A DNA stretch of 62,947 nt, the filler included, from Licmophora abbreviata (lineage: Eukaryota): assembly GCA_900291995.1 (NCBI GenBank). It is 12 parts of 12 records of this genome, joined end to end, with 100 filler letters (N's around TTAATTAATTAA, not from the genome) between each part and the next. Parts side by side here need not be neighbours in the genome. Positions count along the whole stretch, not along the records: positions 10,897 to 24,520 come from OLMU01003743.1; 11 more parts are not named here. The stretch is one strand, 5' to 3'. Numbering within the stretch: the first letter of the stretch is position 1; the number at the start of each line of letters is the position of its first letter. The position numbers were made by a program, and so were the translations under genes. Positions 12,076 through 24,520 of the stretch are shown here, one piece after another. Below the pieces are notes generated by a model. That model was not told the DNA's origin. It saw only the letters and a program-made list of their open reading frames with translations, and did no database searches.

Positions 12076-14361
12076 ATGCCACGAAAAGAGGAGCAGCCGC
12101 AAGAGCTGATTGGCTTTGGGTCCAATTTCTTCTACGCGCTGGGTGATTCGAATTCCGCAGATGCCATTGTGCTGCAACACGAGCGTCCGAAAGCGGCGTC
12201 GTTGTCGTCGTCGTTTACTAAGCAGCTCTCGCTGAGAACGGAACAGTCGTGTGTCTAGAGGAGGGACCGAACTTTGACGACACTCACCAAAAACAGGAGC
12301 AAGAACTGACTTCAGACAGTACTAGCGAGAGTCCCGCGGCGACAGATGGCTCCTCAAGCCATCATGAGCCGGCTCATGCCACTACCGCCGCCCAACCGGT
12401 ATCTCCACCAAGAGTGCACGCACGACGATTGCGTCCTTTCTGGAACGGCAGAACCAAAGCTTCTTACGAGTCAAACACAACCTTGGAACAAGTCGTTTGT
12501 ACTGCCACATCGTCCGTTTTTCGCACATCGTCAGGAGAAATACATCAAGTTGGTACTCTACACGGTCGTCTGTATCCATCACCAACACGAGTTGAAATCC
12601 AGTTGCCGCTTCACTGCATACAACTTGCAGCCGGACGACACTTTTGTCTTGCCCTCTTGGAGGGCGGCGTCGGCGTGGTGAGCTGGGGAGCAGGACACTT
12701 TGGACAGCTAGGACATGGTCCGAAGGTTAGTGACCTGGAACAGCCTCAGTTGATTCCACATTTATTGCCACGCGTGCTGGGCATGCGCGTTGCGAGCATT
12801 GCGGCCGGCACATGGCATGCGGCAGCGATTGCACAGAATGGAGCGTGTTGGATGTGGGGGAGCAATCGTCATGGGCAGTGCTGTAGTGCCATGAGCAGTG
12901 GTAGCGGCAAGGCACTGCCGACCTTGGTTGTGCCGACACCCGTGGATACGAAGGTCTTATTTTCTCAAGTGGCATGCGGTAGATTTCATTCCGTTGGACT
13001 GGAACGACAAACAGGACGAGTCTATACGTGGGGATCGAACCTCTATGGTCAAGCTGGACATCCATCATCGTCCTCGCGGAGAGAACGGAGTCGCCGCCGC
13101 CATGTTCGGTTGGTCGAGTCGTTACAACGAGTCGTCATTGCGCAAGTGGCGGCGGGGGATTTGCACACACTCGCCTTGACGGGTGGTGGAAGAGTCTTTT
13201 CGTGGGGATGTGGGATGGATGGGCAACTGGGTGTGGTAGCAGGTAGTACAGTTTGGCCGAGGAGTCGGCCCAAGCTTGTTGGAGATTTGGACTTTGTCGC
13301 CATTGCTGCAGGAGCGGAATGCCGGAAGCCCGAGCAAGCAACAGCAAAAAACAGTGCAGCACATCCCCTCTCCATGGTTCCTCGCGTCATTTCTATTCAG
13401 GCTACGGGCAACTACTCAGTTGCAGTCAGTTCCGCGGGTCACGTGTATGCATGGGGAGGCAACGACACGGGTGTCTTGGGATTACCCACACCTCCCAATC
13501 TCCCTATGATTGATCCACTCGAGCAACATCATCAGCAACAACAACAGCAACAAAAACAAGACGGTCCTTCGTCGTCGTCGTCGCCCTTATTGGGTGGAAA
13601 GCGTACTTTGGAAGCGCAATCATTTGACTGCAAGCACGATGTATGGTTGCCTCGTCGTGTTGATGCATTAACGTCAGGATATCACGTCGGAGGAGTTTGC
13701 CGCCGGACCCGGACACTTGTGGTGCTGGGGCTACAAGCGTGACGAACGGGAGCTATCCGGAGAGGCGGCTCATACTGTAATTGGACGAACTCTGTACGAG
13801 TTGAACGAGGAGAAGCAACGGAAAGGATTCGGTAGACTACGTGATTTCATTGTGAATACGCCAAGAGAGTTTCGAAGCAGTATTGTTGGTGCGGGTCCTC
13901 CCACAAATGATGAAAGTATTGCCAGTGACAATCTCATTGTATCCCCGGAACCTACTGCTGAGGAAGATAGTAGTCGGGCCAATGTTTCCATGGCCACAAC
14001 AGCGAGCAGTACAGCTACATCGCCGCTGGCAGTTCATTCAAGTCCGTCACAGGACGAAAGGCAGCAGCGTCCACCTCGTATTCCAGGTCGCCGCAGTGGT
14101 GGCGCGAATGCCGATGAACAGGAATCCAGCGAGGACGGATTTGTAGACGTTGCTGGGTCATCGGACTCTGGTGTTGAAGCAGCAGCAGGGGACTCTCGCC
14201 GTAAATCGATGGGACGAAGACTATCGTTTGGCGGCCTGTTCAAGAAAAAGAGCAAAGCGAAGATACCGTCCAATAAGGAGGACTCCAATGATCACGGCAG
14301 CAAACGGAGTGAAAATGAAGAATCCCAAAAGGCAACCTTGGACTCCTCGTATAGTTGCTAG
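12076..14361 (+). CDS. RCC1-repeat (beta-propeller) protein
   Basis: Repeats such as QLAAGRHFCLAL..VVSWGAGHFGQLG and QVAAGDLHTLAL..VFSWGCGMDGQLG. Three ORFs join through indels at ~12250 (GT dinucleotide run) and ~13697 (extra T; removing it restores VAAGPGHLWCWG). Confidence 0.85.
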
Positions 14362-14655
14362 AACAAGAGCTATTGTATGTACAGAATTTCACACTCTACA
14401 TTGACTAACAATACTATAACCCACCAAACCAACGAAGAAGAAGGCGCCACGCGATATGACAACCTACAACTCGGCACGACCAAGGTGACCTAGATCAGCC
14501 AAACACTTCGGAAAGGGCGCCTCAGGCGCTTTCACCATAATGTGCAAGTCTCATCATCAGTAGTAGCTTAAAACACTTAGTAGTTGCATTCCTTTCATCT
14601 AGTTTGTAGAACTATTGAAAAAGCTGTAGCACAGACTCCACCTCGTGAAGATCGA

Positions 14656-15429
14656 CTACATTCTCGTATCTTCCGTTTCTTCTGCCGACATGGCATGGAC
14701 GTGATCACCGGAAATCTCGTCTAGGACCTGTCCCAGCGGCTTATCCATCGCATTCGGCACAGCCTTGGCACAAGCTGGAGTGAGGGTGCCACCCCATTGC
14801 TGATAAATCTGTTCGCCCATGATTCTATAGGTTGCCATCATTTCTTTGTTTGACAAACCACTAAAGAACAACACGGGTACGCCTTTGCCATCATGAGCAA
14901 TAAGATCGTCACGGGAGGCAGGTTCATAGTCGTCCGACATGACCCTTTCCAATGCATCACGGACCGACAGATCCATGATATCCTTTCCCACATGATCCAA
15001 TACGACCCCCTCTTCCATCGCTTGCGGCGCACCGTCGCTCAGCATGTCGTAAAATTCGTCGTCTTGGATTCCTAACGGCACATTGTAGAGCAAAACGAGC
15101 GGCCCCGGACCAAAGGCAATATCGTCGCTCTCCAGCTTGACGAAGTCTCCCTCTCGTTCCTGAAGAAATTTAGATACGGAGTCGAAGAGATTCATGGAGC
15201 GAGCCGAGGAGGAGGAGGAATGATGCGAAGGAGCGAACATGACATCACCGGTGTCAGAATGCGGATGGCGGATGGCGGACCAGCGCCCTCGCTTCTTTAT
15301 GACACTATCAATACTGAACGCCTCGACAGGAGAGCGACATGACGCTAGTAGTACCTGTACTATACCGCTACCGGCAGAGAGTAGAACAGCGGACAAGAAC
15401 GTAGAGGGTCTAGCGACGATGCTTCTCAT
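14656..15429 (-). CDS. DUF3783-like protein, probably plastid-targeted
   Basis: Hydrophobic leader then VEA|FS; C-terminal VLFFSGLSNKEM...ACAKAVPNAMDKPLGQVLDEISGDH matches my recollection of DUF3783. Confidence 0.7.
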   Translation of the reverse strand: MRSIVARPSTFLSAVLLSAGSGIVQVLLASCRSPVEAFSIDSVIKKRGRWSAIRHPHSDTGDVMFAPSHHSSSSSARSMNLFDSVSKFLQEREGDFVKLESDDIAFGPGPLVLLYNVPLGIQDDEFYDMLSDGAPQAMEEGVVLDHVGKDIMDLSVRDALERVMSDDYEPASRDDLIAHDGKGVPVLFFSGLSNKEMMATYRIMGEQIYQQWGGTLTPACAKAVPNAMDKPLGQVLDEISGDHVHAMSAEETEDTRM

Positions 15430-16043
15430 GGTGATGTAAAGACGAATTTTGGAATTTGGGTTTAGATTACTTTTTTGTTTCGTTCAGGTTTTCAGCTTTA
15501 CCGTGCTCCAGAGCTCGAGCTGAGCGACCGACGTCACGCACCTTCCAAACCGCGCGAAAAATCCAAAAATCAAAACTTCAAACTCAACATCAACATCGAC
15601 AATGAGCACACACACAGCGGCGATGTGATGCGATGTCGATGCTGCACTGATCCGGGGCAGACGAGGTAGTTTACTGAGTCAAGTCATCGCAAGCAGCACT
15701 CGTCCTCTTTGTATCCTCCTCCTTGCTTTTGCTTTGACTGCAACGAGACCATCATTATGCACCAAAGAAACGAGGTAGCCGGCGGCGCCCGGATGATGTT
15801 TCTGTTCTTTTGCGTGACAGCAACGGCGGCCTGGAATTGTCCTCGACAAAGAAGAGTCAGACTGACGAGAAGGTATAGTAGTAGAAGTAGTAGTGACTCT
15901 AATTCACCGAACCACATCAGAGCTCTACACCCTCCGCCGCCATAGGAGCATCCTCTACAAGTCGAAGTCGACTCGAACGGGCTCTTGATGGACTGGACGG
16001 GACTACTCCTGCTACTACTTCTACTGCCGCTACCAACAACAAC

Positions 16044-17570
16044 ATGCCAGCCCAGTCCAGACAAGGCTTCTATCAGATTGAATCGAAAGAGCAGCACAAG
16101 GCATTCTTAAAGGCCAACTCGGATAAGCTCGTCGTCATCAAGTTCAAGGCTCCCTACTGTCCGGCTTGCAAGGCGATCGAGCCCAAGTTTCTGCAAGTAC
16201 GGAACGACAAGAAATTAGTCAATCTCCCCATTGTATGGGCCGAGTTTACAGCAAGTCCCACCAACAAACCCTTCTTTCGAAGACTCGGAGTCTTGTCACT
16301 GCCGACGGTACATTTCTACGATGGTAATGGACTTGTGGAGAACTTTTCTTGTGGACCGGCCAATATTCCCACTCTCAAACAGAAACTCTCTCAGTTTGTC
16401 AGTAAACGTGTTGATATGGAAACCTTGCAATTGATAGAAAGCGTGACGACCGAAGTGCCGTTGGACGGGCCTCGTGTCGTGCGAGAGGTGCTCCTGGCCA
16501 GTGAGCTTGTCGCGGACGAACATATTGACTACCTGCGCGATGGCATGCCCTTCTTTCAGGATCTCACGGACGACGAATTCTACAACCTCTTGGCCAAGGC
16601 ACGACTCCTCACCTTCAATGCTGGTGATGTCATTATGCGACAATTGAAACCACCCACGTCCTTCTTTGTCATCAAGAGCGGAATTTCCGAAATGAGCATC
16701 AAGAGTCGCTTTGAAGATCCCATATCCACGCCACCCACGTATCTGGGTGCGGTTGTAAATCAACTGACGAAATTTGACTACTTTGGCGAGCGGGCATTGA
16801 CGACGGGAGAGCCGTATGCGGCGTCGGTAAGAGCGCTGGAAAAGACTCGATGCTTTGTCTTTAATGCGGAAGATATTCCAGAGAGCTCGATATTGAGCAA
16901 GAAGCGGCGCGCGTCTCGTGCCATGGTAGAGCAACTGACGGAGCGATATGTACTGCCAGAAGACTATACAGTCACACATCCTGTAACCCAAAAGGATGAA
17001 AGTATACTGGAGTTGCTTGTGAGGTTCAAACAGATCCGTCAAGCTGCCAAGTGTTTCGAGTATGTGAGGAGTGCGGAGCCGCTCCTTGGCGACAGGGGAG
17101 AGATTGCACGTCGGTCCTTGTTGGTGTCCAAGCTATCCAAGAGTCAGCAACAGGATTTCGTGGAGGTTTTTCAAATGGCAGATGTCAATCGGACAGGCAC
17201 GATCAGCCTATTGGAGATGCGACGGTTTATGGAGAGTGCGCGCAAGGGACGAACCGACGAAGAGCTGGTGGAAATGATCAATAAGGCTAACGTGGACAAT
17301 CCAGGATTCGATACTGGAGTTCGGATTACTCTGGATGAGTTCATGGGAGTCATGGCTGAGGCAGAGTTTTATTCCCTATTCACAGAAACGTTTCAAGAGC
17401 TTGACAAAGACAACACTGGGTACGTTCGAGCTGGCGATCTCGATGAAGTTCTCGATGGAGTGCGAGACTTGATCAGCGATGATCGAAAGAGTATTATTGA
17501 TGTCGAGGACCAGGATGTGCAGGTAGACTACGAGCAGTTTGCCAGGATGCTTTTGGGAGCTACTTTGTAG
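16044..17570 (+). CDS. Atypical thioredoxin + cyclic-nucleotide-binding-like domain + EF-hand fusion protein
   Basis: Trx VVIKFKAPYCPACK...LPTVHFY...FSCGP; CNB fold FNAGDVIMRQ...FFVIKSG...DYFGERAL...AASVRA; EF loops DVNRTGTISLLE and DKDNTGYVRAGD. The frame is open upstream to ~15902, so the true N-terminus may be longer. Confidence 0.85.
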   Translation: MPAQSRQGFYQIESKEQHKAFLKANSDKLVVIKFKAPYCPACKAIEPKFLQVRNDKKLVNLPIVWAEFTASPTNKPFFRRLGVLSLPTVHFYDGNGLVENFSCGPANIPTLKQKLSQFVSKRVDMETLQLIESVTTEVPLDGPRVVREVLLASELVADEHIDYLRDGMPFFQDLTDDEFYNLLAKARLLTFNAGDVIMRQLKPPTSFFVIKSGISEMSIKSRFEDPISTPPTYLGAVVNQLTKFDYFGERALTTGEPYAASVRALEKTRCFVFNAEDIPESSILSKKRRASRAMVEQLTERYVLPEDYTVTHPVTQKDESILELLVRFKQIRQAAKCFEYVRSAEPLLGDRGEIARRSLLVSKLSKSQQQDFVEVFQMADVNRTGTISLLEMRRFMESARKGRTDEELVEMINKANVDNPGFDTGVRITLDEFMGVMAEAEFYSLFTETFQELDKDNTGYVRAGDLDEVLDGVRDLISDDRKSIIDVEDQDVQVDYEQFARMLLGATL

Positions 17571-18271
17571 TAAGCTGATTGAGTCGTGTCTGCAAGCTCA
17601 TGATTGGTGCTATAGTGGGTATCGATCGAGATATTGAGAAGTGAAACCAACCAGCTATGAGGTTGATGTCACAAGACGCTACATACAATTGCAAACCGTC
17701 GACGCTCACGAGAAGCTTCCAAGAGCAGTCGTCTCCGCCCCCTGAATCTTTAGAGCTGCTCCTAAACTAATGTACTTCAATGGCTTTGCATCCTCTACTA
17801 GAATCCACCTGCATCACCACCATTCCTACTACTCGTGGTATAGTAAGCACCTCACAAGCCAACTGCCACCTCGTCGCCCTGGCCATGTTGTGTTCTTGCT
17901 CCTTTGTCTTTGTCGATTGGTAGACTCGTACTAGTAAGCAGTGTTTACCGGTATGCGGAAATCGGAGCGAGAGTGGGCGGTGTGTAGCGAAAGGCGGCTT
18001 TTCGATTTGCAGCAAGCTAGTACGTGATCAGCGGGGCCCGAGGAGACTAAGCTGCTGGAAGGGGCCGACCTCAAGTAGTATCTCCAAACTGCATACTTGC
18101 TGATGGGCTACTACTATCCCTGCTTGCTGTCTTTGGATAATAGAAGCCAAACGTGATGGCTGGCTGGTGAGCCGCTGTATTTCGCGCGTGTCGTTCCAAG
18201 CGCACGTTTTTCTTGCTCTTGCAACCGCACAGGTACACACACGACACAGACCTCACAGCGATGGAACGACC

Positions 18272-19813
18272 ATGCCTTTTGATGCTCGACGGCAGATCAG
18301 AATGAGCGGTTCAACCAAGGGCAACGCGGTGGACGTGCTGATCGTCGGGTGCGGACTGTCTGGCATCGCTGCGGCATGCCATCTCAAGATGAAATGTCCT
18401 GAAAAATCGTTTGCCATTTTGGAAAGCCGTCCTCGCATCGGAGGCACGTGGGATCTATTTCGGTATCCTGGAGTTCGCGCCGATTCTGATTTTTTCACCT
18501 TGGGTTTTAGCTTCAAGCCCTGGGAAGGGTCCAACGTCATGGCCGATGGGACTGCCATTCGGGAATATCTTCACGAAACTGTAGCGGAATTCGAACTGGA
18601 CAGACACATTCACTGTAACTCGAGGGCACTGAACTTCCGCTGGTCATCGACAGACGAATGTTGGACAGTTCAAGTTCGGAACCCGGTGACTCAAGAAGAA
18701 GTCATCTGGACAACGAAATTCAACTGGAACTGTACTGGATATTACCGATACTCGGGAGGATACACACCTCCGTTTGCGGACATGGACAAGTTCAATGGTC
18801 AGATTGTGCACCCGCAGCTTTGGGAAAAAGAGGACTGCCACTACGAGAACAAACGAGTCGTCGTCATTGGAAGCGGCGCCACAGCCGTCACGTTGGTACC
18901 GTCGCTCTCGAAGAAGGCTTCCCACGTGACCATGCTGCAGCGCACTCCCACGTACATTGCCAAACTGCCAGCGCGAGACAGGATAGCAGACCTGCTTCGA
19001 GTATGCCTTCCTCGGAAACTAGCGCACTGGATCATTCGGTGGACGTACATTCTCTTTACCATGTCCATGTACCAACTCGCGCGTCATGTTCCTGGAGTGG
19101 TGCGTACCGCGTTGAAACTTTTTACGCGATTGCTGTTGCGTTGTGATAGTGACTACGTGAATACGCATTTTGACCCACCCTACGATCCTTGGGATCAACG
19201 ATTGTGTGTCACGCCGGATGGAGACTTTTTTGACGCCATCCGATGTGGCGATGCTTCCATCGTCACGGATCATATCGATCGATTCACCGAGTCTGGGATT
19301 CTGCTTGATTCTGGCGAGATGCTGGAGGCTGATGTCATTGTCACGGCGACAGGTCTTCAGGTGGAAATCAGTGGCGGATCGACAATCGAGGTGGATGGGA
19401 AGCCCGTCGACCTTGCCGACAAGTTTGTCTACAAAGGCTTGCTGATAAGCGACATTCCAAACACGGCCATGTCGAGGGGATATACCAACGCCTCTTGGAC
19501 ACTCAAGATTGAGTTAGTGTGTGAGTACGTGTGTCGATTACTAGCGTACATGGAACAACATGATTACAGTGTGGCGGTTCCCAGGGTCCCGGATCCCAAC
19601 ATGGAGACAATGCCGTTCATGGACTTGTCTTCGGGCTACATTCAGCGGGCGATTCACTTGATGCCGAAGCAGGGGCGTCGCGTACCGTGGCGGTTCTATC
19701 AGAATTACATCTTGGACAGTCTCATGATTCGCTATAGCAGGATTGACGATGGCTGTGTAGAGTTTCGTTCCGGCAAGAGACCCAACGGAGAAATTTTAAA
19801 GAAACAACAATGA
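18272..19813 (+). CDS. FAD-dependent Baeyer-Villiger/flavin monooxygenase, EthA-like
   Basis: GCGLSG (FAD), GGTWDLFRYPGVRADSD, fingerprint FNGQIVHPQLW, GSGATA (NADPH), PPYDPWDQRLC, ATG, GYTNASWTLK; intronless. Confidence 0.92.
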   Translation: MPFDARRQIRMSGSTKGNAVDVLIVGCGLSGIAAACHLKMKCPEKSFAILESRPRIGGTWDLFRYPGVRADSDFFTLGFSFKPWEGSNVMADGTAIREYLHETVAEFELDRHIHCNSRALNFRWSSTDECWTVQVRNPVTQEEVIWTTKFNWNCTGYYRYSGGYTPPFADMDKFNGQIVHPQLWEKEDCHYENKRVVVIGSGATAVTLVPSLSKKASHVTMLQRTPTYIAKLPARDRIADLLRVCLPRKLAHWIIRWTYILFTMSMYQLARHVPGVVRTALKLFTRLLLRCDSDYVNTHFDPPYDPWDQRLCVTPDGDFFDAIRCGDASIVTDHIDRFTESGILLDSGEMLEADVIVTATGLQVEISGGSTIEVDGKPVDLADKFVYKGLLISDIPNTAMSRGYTNASWTLKIELVCEYVCRLLAYMEQHDYSVAVPRVPDPNMETMPFMDLSSGYIQRAIHLMPKQGRRVPWRFYQNYILDSLMIRYSRIDDGCVEFRSGKRPNGEILKKQQ

Positions 19814-20209
19814 TAGGTGGACTTTCACAAGAAATGAAGCGAGACATCCGCATTGTATCCTCTCGTACTCCTCTCCACTACCACGACATAGTGAGTATAG
19901 TACATGCCCGTCGAGTATAGTGCATGTACCTGGTACAGTGGTGGGGATGGTGTAACCGACTGGAACCTTTTGTCTTTTTTTGTGTTGATTGTGGGTTTTA
20001 GACAGTTGCTGAGAAACCTTAAGTGCATGTGACGTCGATGCGACAGTCATTCTGTTTGAATTCTCTCCAAAAAAAAGAGAAAATCTCAAAATCTCAAGTC
20101 TCAATCAACAAAACTTTCAAAACTGACGTGCCAATGCGACGATGGCCATGCGGCATTGAAAATACCGGCGGTACCCGTCTCTACTTGCTACCAAGACGTG
20201 AACATCCTA

Positions 20210-21184
20210 ATGAAGTCTGGGGACCTTACCCTATCACTTCGACTTGGGTCGATTAAGCGTACGCTCAAGAAGCCGCGACACCCGAAGGCCGCAATTTGCC
20301 TGGCCGTGCTCGTGACCGCAACTGTGCGCTTAGTCATCGGCGAGGCCTTCTTCTTCTCCCTTTTCTTCGGAGAGACTCATAGTCATCAGCTCACCACTGT
20401 CGAAATGGGATGTCAGAATCCTGACTTTCTAGCTGAGCACAAGCTCTCTGTCTGGACCATGCTGTCCTCGGGTGAAGAGTACGTCACAGCAGCCCGCAAG
20501 CTGGGTCGATCCGTCCAAAATCACACTTCCGAGCACAATTTCGACATGATTGTCTTGGAGCTGAGCTCGAACCCCATGAGTGATGAAACCTGGAAGTCTC
20601 TGAGTGAGGTTGGGTGGAAACGATGCGTCGTCGATCGCATTGCTTCCCTGAACAAGCTCCGAACGAAGCGTCGTTTTCTAGATCAGTTCACCAAACTACA
20701 CCTGTGGGGCATGACCGTGTATGAGACCGTCGTATACCTTGATGCCGACACGCTTGTCGTACAGAGCATTGATGATTTAGTCACTATGAAATTGAGTAAC
20801 AGCATGAAAATTGGAGCCGTCCGCGACATTTCGCACGACACATTCAAATGGTCGCCAACCTTCAATGCAGGCGTCTTTCTGTTGCATCCCGACCGAGATG
20901 AGTTTCAGCGTCTCATTCGACTTCAAACGTCCGGTGCCGTCGAAGCAGATCCTTTCTTGGCCGAACAAGCATGGCTCAACATTGTATACGAGGATCAGTG
21001 GCAAGATATTGGCTTTGAGTACAATGCAAAGCTGGCAATGTACCTCAAGCACCGTGACTATTGGAACAGGCTCGATATTCGAATCATTCATTTTACGTAC
21101 AGGAAACCTTGGGCATCATGGCCTTTTCAATGTGGCAACGAACTGGATCCCGTGTGTGATGTGTGGAGGAAAGCTCCCTTGTAA
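20210..21184 (+). CDS. Glycosyltransferase family 8 (glycogenin-like), type II membrane protein
   Basis: FTKLHLW, VYLDADTLV (DxD), FNAGVFLLHP, EQAWLN, IIHFTYRKPW; N-terminal TM segment. Confidence 0.88.
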   Translation: MKSGDLTLSLRLGSIKRTLKKPRHPKAAICLAVLVTATVRLVIGEAFFFSLFFGETHSHQLTTVEMGCQNPDFLAEHKLSVWTMLSSGEEYVTAARKLGRSVQNHTSEHNFDMIVLELSSNPMSDETWKSLSEVGWKRCVVDRIASLNKLRTKRRFLDQFTKLHLWGMTVYETVVYLDADTLVVQSIDDLVTMKLSNSMKIGAVRDISHDTFKWSPTFNAGVFLLHPDRDEFQRLIRLQTSGAVEADPFLAEQAWLNIVYEDQWQDIGFEYNAKLAMYLKHRDYWNRLDIRIIHFTYRKPWASWPFQCGNELDPVCDVWRKAPL

Positions 21185-21467
21185 GCTACAAGCTCGCGAT
21201 TACCATGGCAGCAGGGAAAGCCTGAATCACACGCTGACCTTCAGACTTGGTAGGTGTACATGTACCAGATCGTCTTTGCTACCATACCATGATGGTGTAG
21301 TTTCCACTGTCGAAATCCGATTCTGTTGTACGACGCATGAAAGGCATACCTAATGTTACCGGTAGATACAGCATGAACTACACTAACATACACAGATTTG
21401 TGATGTATGGTCGGTTCTTTCCAGCAGCCAAGAACGCACCCCCTTCTTGACCCGCCTAAGATACCTG

Positions 21468-23015
21468 CTAGGCAGCCCATGCCCTGCGTCCCACACAGAA
21501 GCTATCATGCGACGGCACCTTCAAGCGCTTGCGTTTCGCGCCAAGGAACCCTTCGTCGGCATGGATTCGATCCAAGATGTCAAACGACGGCGAGTCGAGA
21601 TAGTGGAAAGCGCGTCCCTCGAACGACACCAGGTCACCTTCACCGTCCTCGTCGGTACGATTGAGATCCTTCTGCTTCTGTTGAAGCTTGTCGAGATAAA
21701 TGGTGGCAATAGGCGGGATCTTGGCAGGGGCCGTGTTGGACGTGGGTGGAGTGTTCGGAGGCGTCACAAAGGGAACCAATGGGCGAAGCAGTGGTTCGAA
21801 GTCAGCCTTGGCACTCAATGGCGGAGGCAGGTCCACGTCTAGATCAGGAGTCGATAATGCCGAGGAGGAAATAAAAGGCGAGCGGAGAAGATCGAAAGAC
21901 GCATGGGACGCGAGGAACGGCGGCACCATGTCTTGTGCTTCGACAGTAAGACTCCTCACCAAGTCTGGGACCGCGTCGACGTCTTCCGGGGTGTCTTCAA
22001 TAGACAAGGAAGGCATCAGAGGAGGAGAAGGAGCAGTCTGACCCTCTTCATCTTCACCCTCCATCTCGACATCGTCTTCGGGGCTGTGGGACCCGGATCG
22101 CGACGGAAGCACGTCTTCGACCGCGGGCATGCTGTAGAAATCTGGTTCTTCCTTGGGGTTACTGGCAGCCTTGATACCCGTGCCCTTGACGCGAGTACGA
22201 AACATGCGTTGGCAAAGGAACAACTTGTCACGGAGAAAGAGCTCGTGGTACTGTGGAGGTAAGGGAAAGGATGGGTGACAACAGGTGTCAGTATAATATG
22301 GAGGAGTGTGCACGCGCTCATGCATACACGCGTTAGTCTTACATATCCTCCATGATCGACTCCAGTGGTAAGGCGACAAAAGCCGTACAGATTCAACTGA
22401 CGTTGAAAGGAGGTAAGCTTTGTCTGGCGAAAGTAGCGTGGCATCACTTCAGAGACGAAGAGCTTGGGATCATGAACAAGAAAGCACCGTCCGTGCGGCT
22501 GCCAGGAGACCACATGCTCCAGGCCGTCGTCTTGGATGCTGTCCAGCATGATGTGGAGTTTTTCAGGGAAGGGCTGAGCCACACCCCCCACGAGGACCCT
22601 TGCGATGATTCTTGTGGCTTTCCACGGAATCCTTGCGATCGATGACTGGATTGGGCTCGCCGGCGTAATCATGGTAATCGTGAGATACCATGAGGCGATT
22701 GTCGGAGCCTCCGCCAGGGCCGGGGCCGTTCGAGGACGAACCTCGCTTCTTAGTCTTGCGGGTAGGGCCAGAGCGACGCCTTGTGGAACGGGGGAGTCGA
22801 TTCTGATTTCCTTCTTCCTTGCGGTCACTGGCAATCGTAGACGCTGTCTCCGCAGTAGAGCCTGCGCGTGGCAAGCGACTGACGCTTCGATCCGGAGTGG
22901 TAAAGGTGTAACTAGGGCTACTGGACCTCATATTCTGGCCTTTCATGCGCACCTGGGATGCCTCGGAGGCCTTGAGATCTGTCTTGGAGCTGTTACACAT
23001 CAGAATCAGTTGCAT
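21468..23015 (-). CDS. Heat shock factor (HSF DNA-binding domain), copy 1
   Basis: FPEKLH...[10 protein letters not shown]...[19 protein letters not shown]; intron ~22251-22342, then YHELFLR. An extra G in a G6 run near 22585 shifts the frame. Confidence 0.9.
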
Positions 23016-23528
23016 GACAAGAAGTTTGAGACGATCGAAACCTCAGCACCTCGCGTGTAAGTTCGAAGTGTGTCACTCTTGAAGTGGATGGGATTCGCTT
23101 GTCAATTGTAGAAACGATACCAGATCAAACGTAGAAACAGATTCTTTCAAATTTCGAATGCGTGTCTGTGAGCTCGGGCATGTGGGTCCAATAAGTAAAA
23201 ATGTCTTTCATATGTCCTATATATAAGTGAAGTGGCACCTTCGATTGTTCTTCATCGATGACACATCCACGGTGATTTATCACTTCAACCAAAACATGAG
23301 CGCGGACACGTGCTCTGATGGCCTAGATATGGATGTCCGCTTTGCGGAGAAATAAATAGGCTCTTTCGTAAGGAAGAATGTCCGATTTGTCGTAGATTAT
23401 ATTCTTCACGTTTCACAATTAGATGTTTTTGGTTGAACTTTGAACACTCGGCGGCAGCGCCGAGTGTGTTCTCATGACACAAATTCACAAGAACCCTGTT
23501 CGCCATCACATGCAAGGATCCTCCGACC

Positions 23529-24520
23529 ATGTGTGTCACCCAATCCCCACCTTCTCGCTTCCAGATAGCTCAACCCATCACCAACCAAGAAGTGTCCACT
23601 CTGGTGAACCAAGTGGAAGAAGTTGTACGACAGAGGAGCCCAAAACAAGCGAAAATGACCGTCAAGCCTGTCCATCGCGTCGTCCACTGTTACCATGACC
23701 ACCTCTGCGATACTCTCGAATCTCCCTGCCCAGATCCCGTCGCTCGAGGGGGAGTCATGACCCCCTTTCCAGTCAAGCTCCATCAAGTTCTTGATGACAT
23801 CGAGAACGACGGATTCGGCGATGTCATCTCATGGCAGCCTCACGGACGATGTTTTGTCGTTCACAAGCCCGACCAGTTTATCCGAGAAATCTTACCAAAG
23901 TATTTCAATCAGACAAAGGTCGCATCCTTTCAGCGTCAGCTGAACCTCTATGGTTTCCAGAGACTTACCAAGGGACTTGACAAAAATGCATATGTAAGTA
24001 ACGCGAAATCTTGAGAAAAGAACTTTTTCATGACTTCACGCACTAACTTCCTTCTTTCTTGGTCCACCGCTTCCCTACAGTACCATGAACTCTTTCTCAA
24101 GGGCAAGACCTGGCTGGCCCAACGCATCAACCGTCAAAAGGTCAAAGGAACTCGGGTTCGTGCCAAGAGCAGTCCCAAAACCGAGCCCAACTTTTACGCC
24201 ATGCCCTCAGTCACAGAACACCATGAGTACACGGAAAAGAAGGATCCAGAGAACACGATGCCCTCGTCCTCCTCTTCGGTAACGGCAACGGTGGTGTCAC
24301 CACACGTGACGCCCTCGGTCTCTCCCAAGACGATCATTTCTATGCCTCCCTTGACTCCGCTCGAAGCGGCTCCGCGGCTGCCGCACCAAGTCACCGTCGT
24401 TCCGTGTCTTCAGCAACCAGTCTTGCCGCAAGAAATGCAAGAACAGGAAGACGACGACATCTTGTTCTTTGAGGGACGCAAGTTTCACTACCTTGATCCC
24501 TTAATGGAAGAGCAGCGTGC
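23529..24520 (+). CDS. Heat shock factor, copy 2 (3' end runs into gap)
   Basis: FPVKLH...[10 protein letters not shown]...[11 protein letters not shown]; intron 23994-24080, then YHELFLKGK. Confidence 0.9.
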
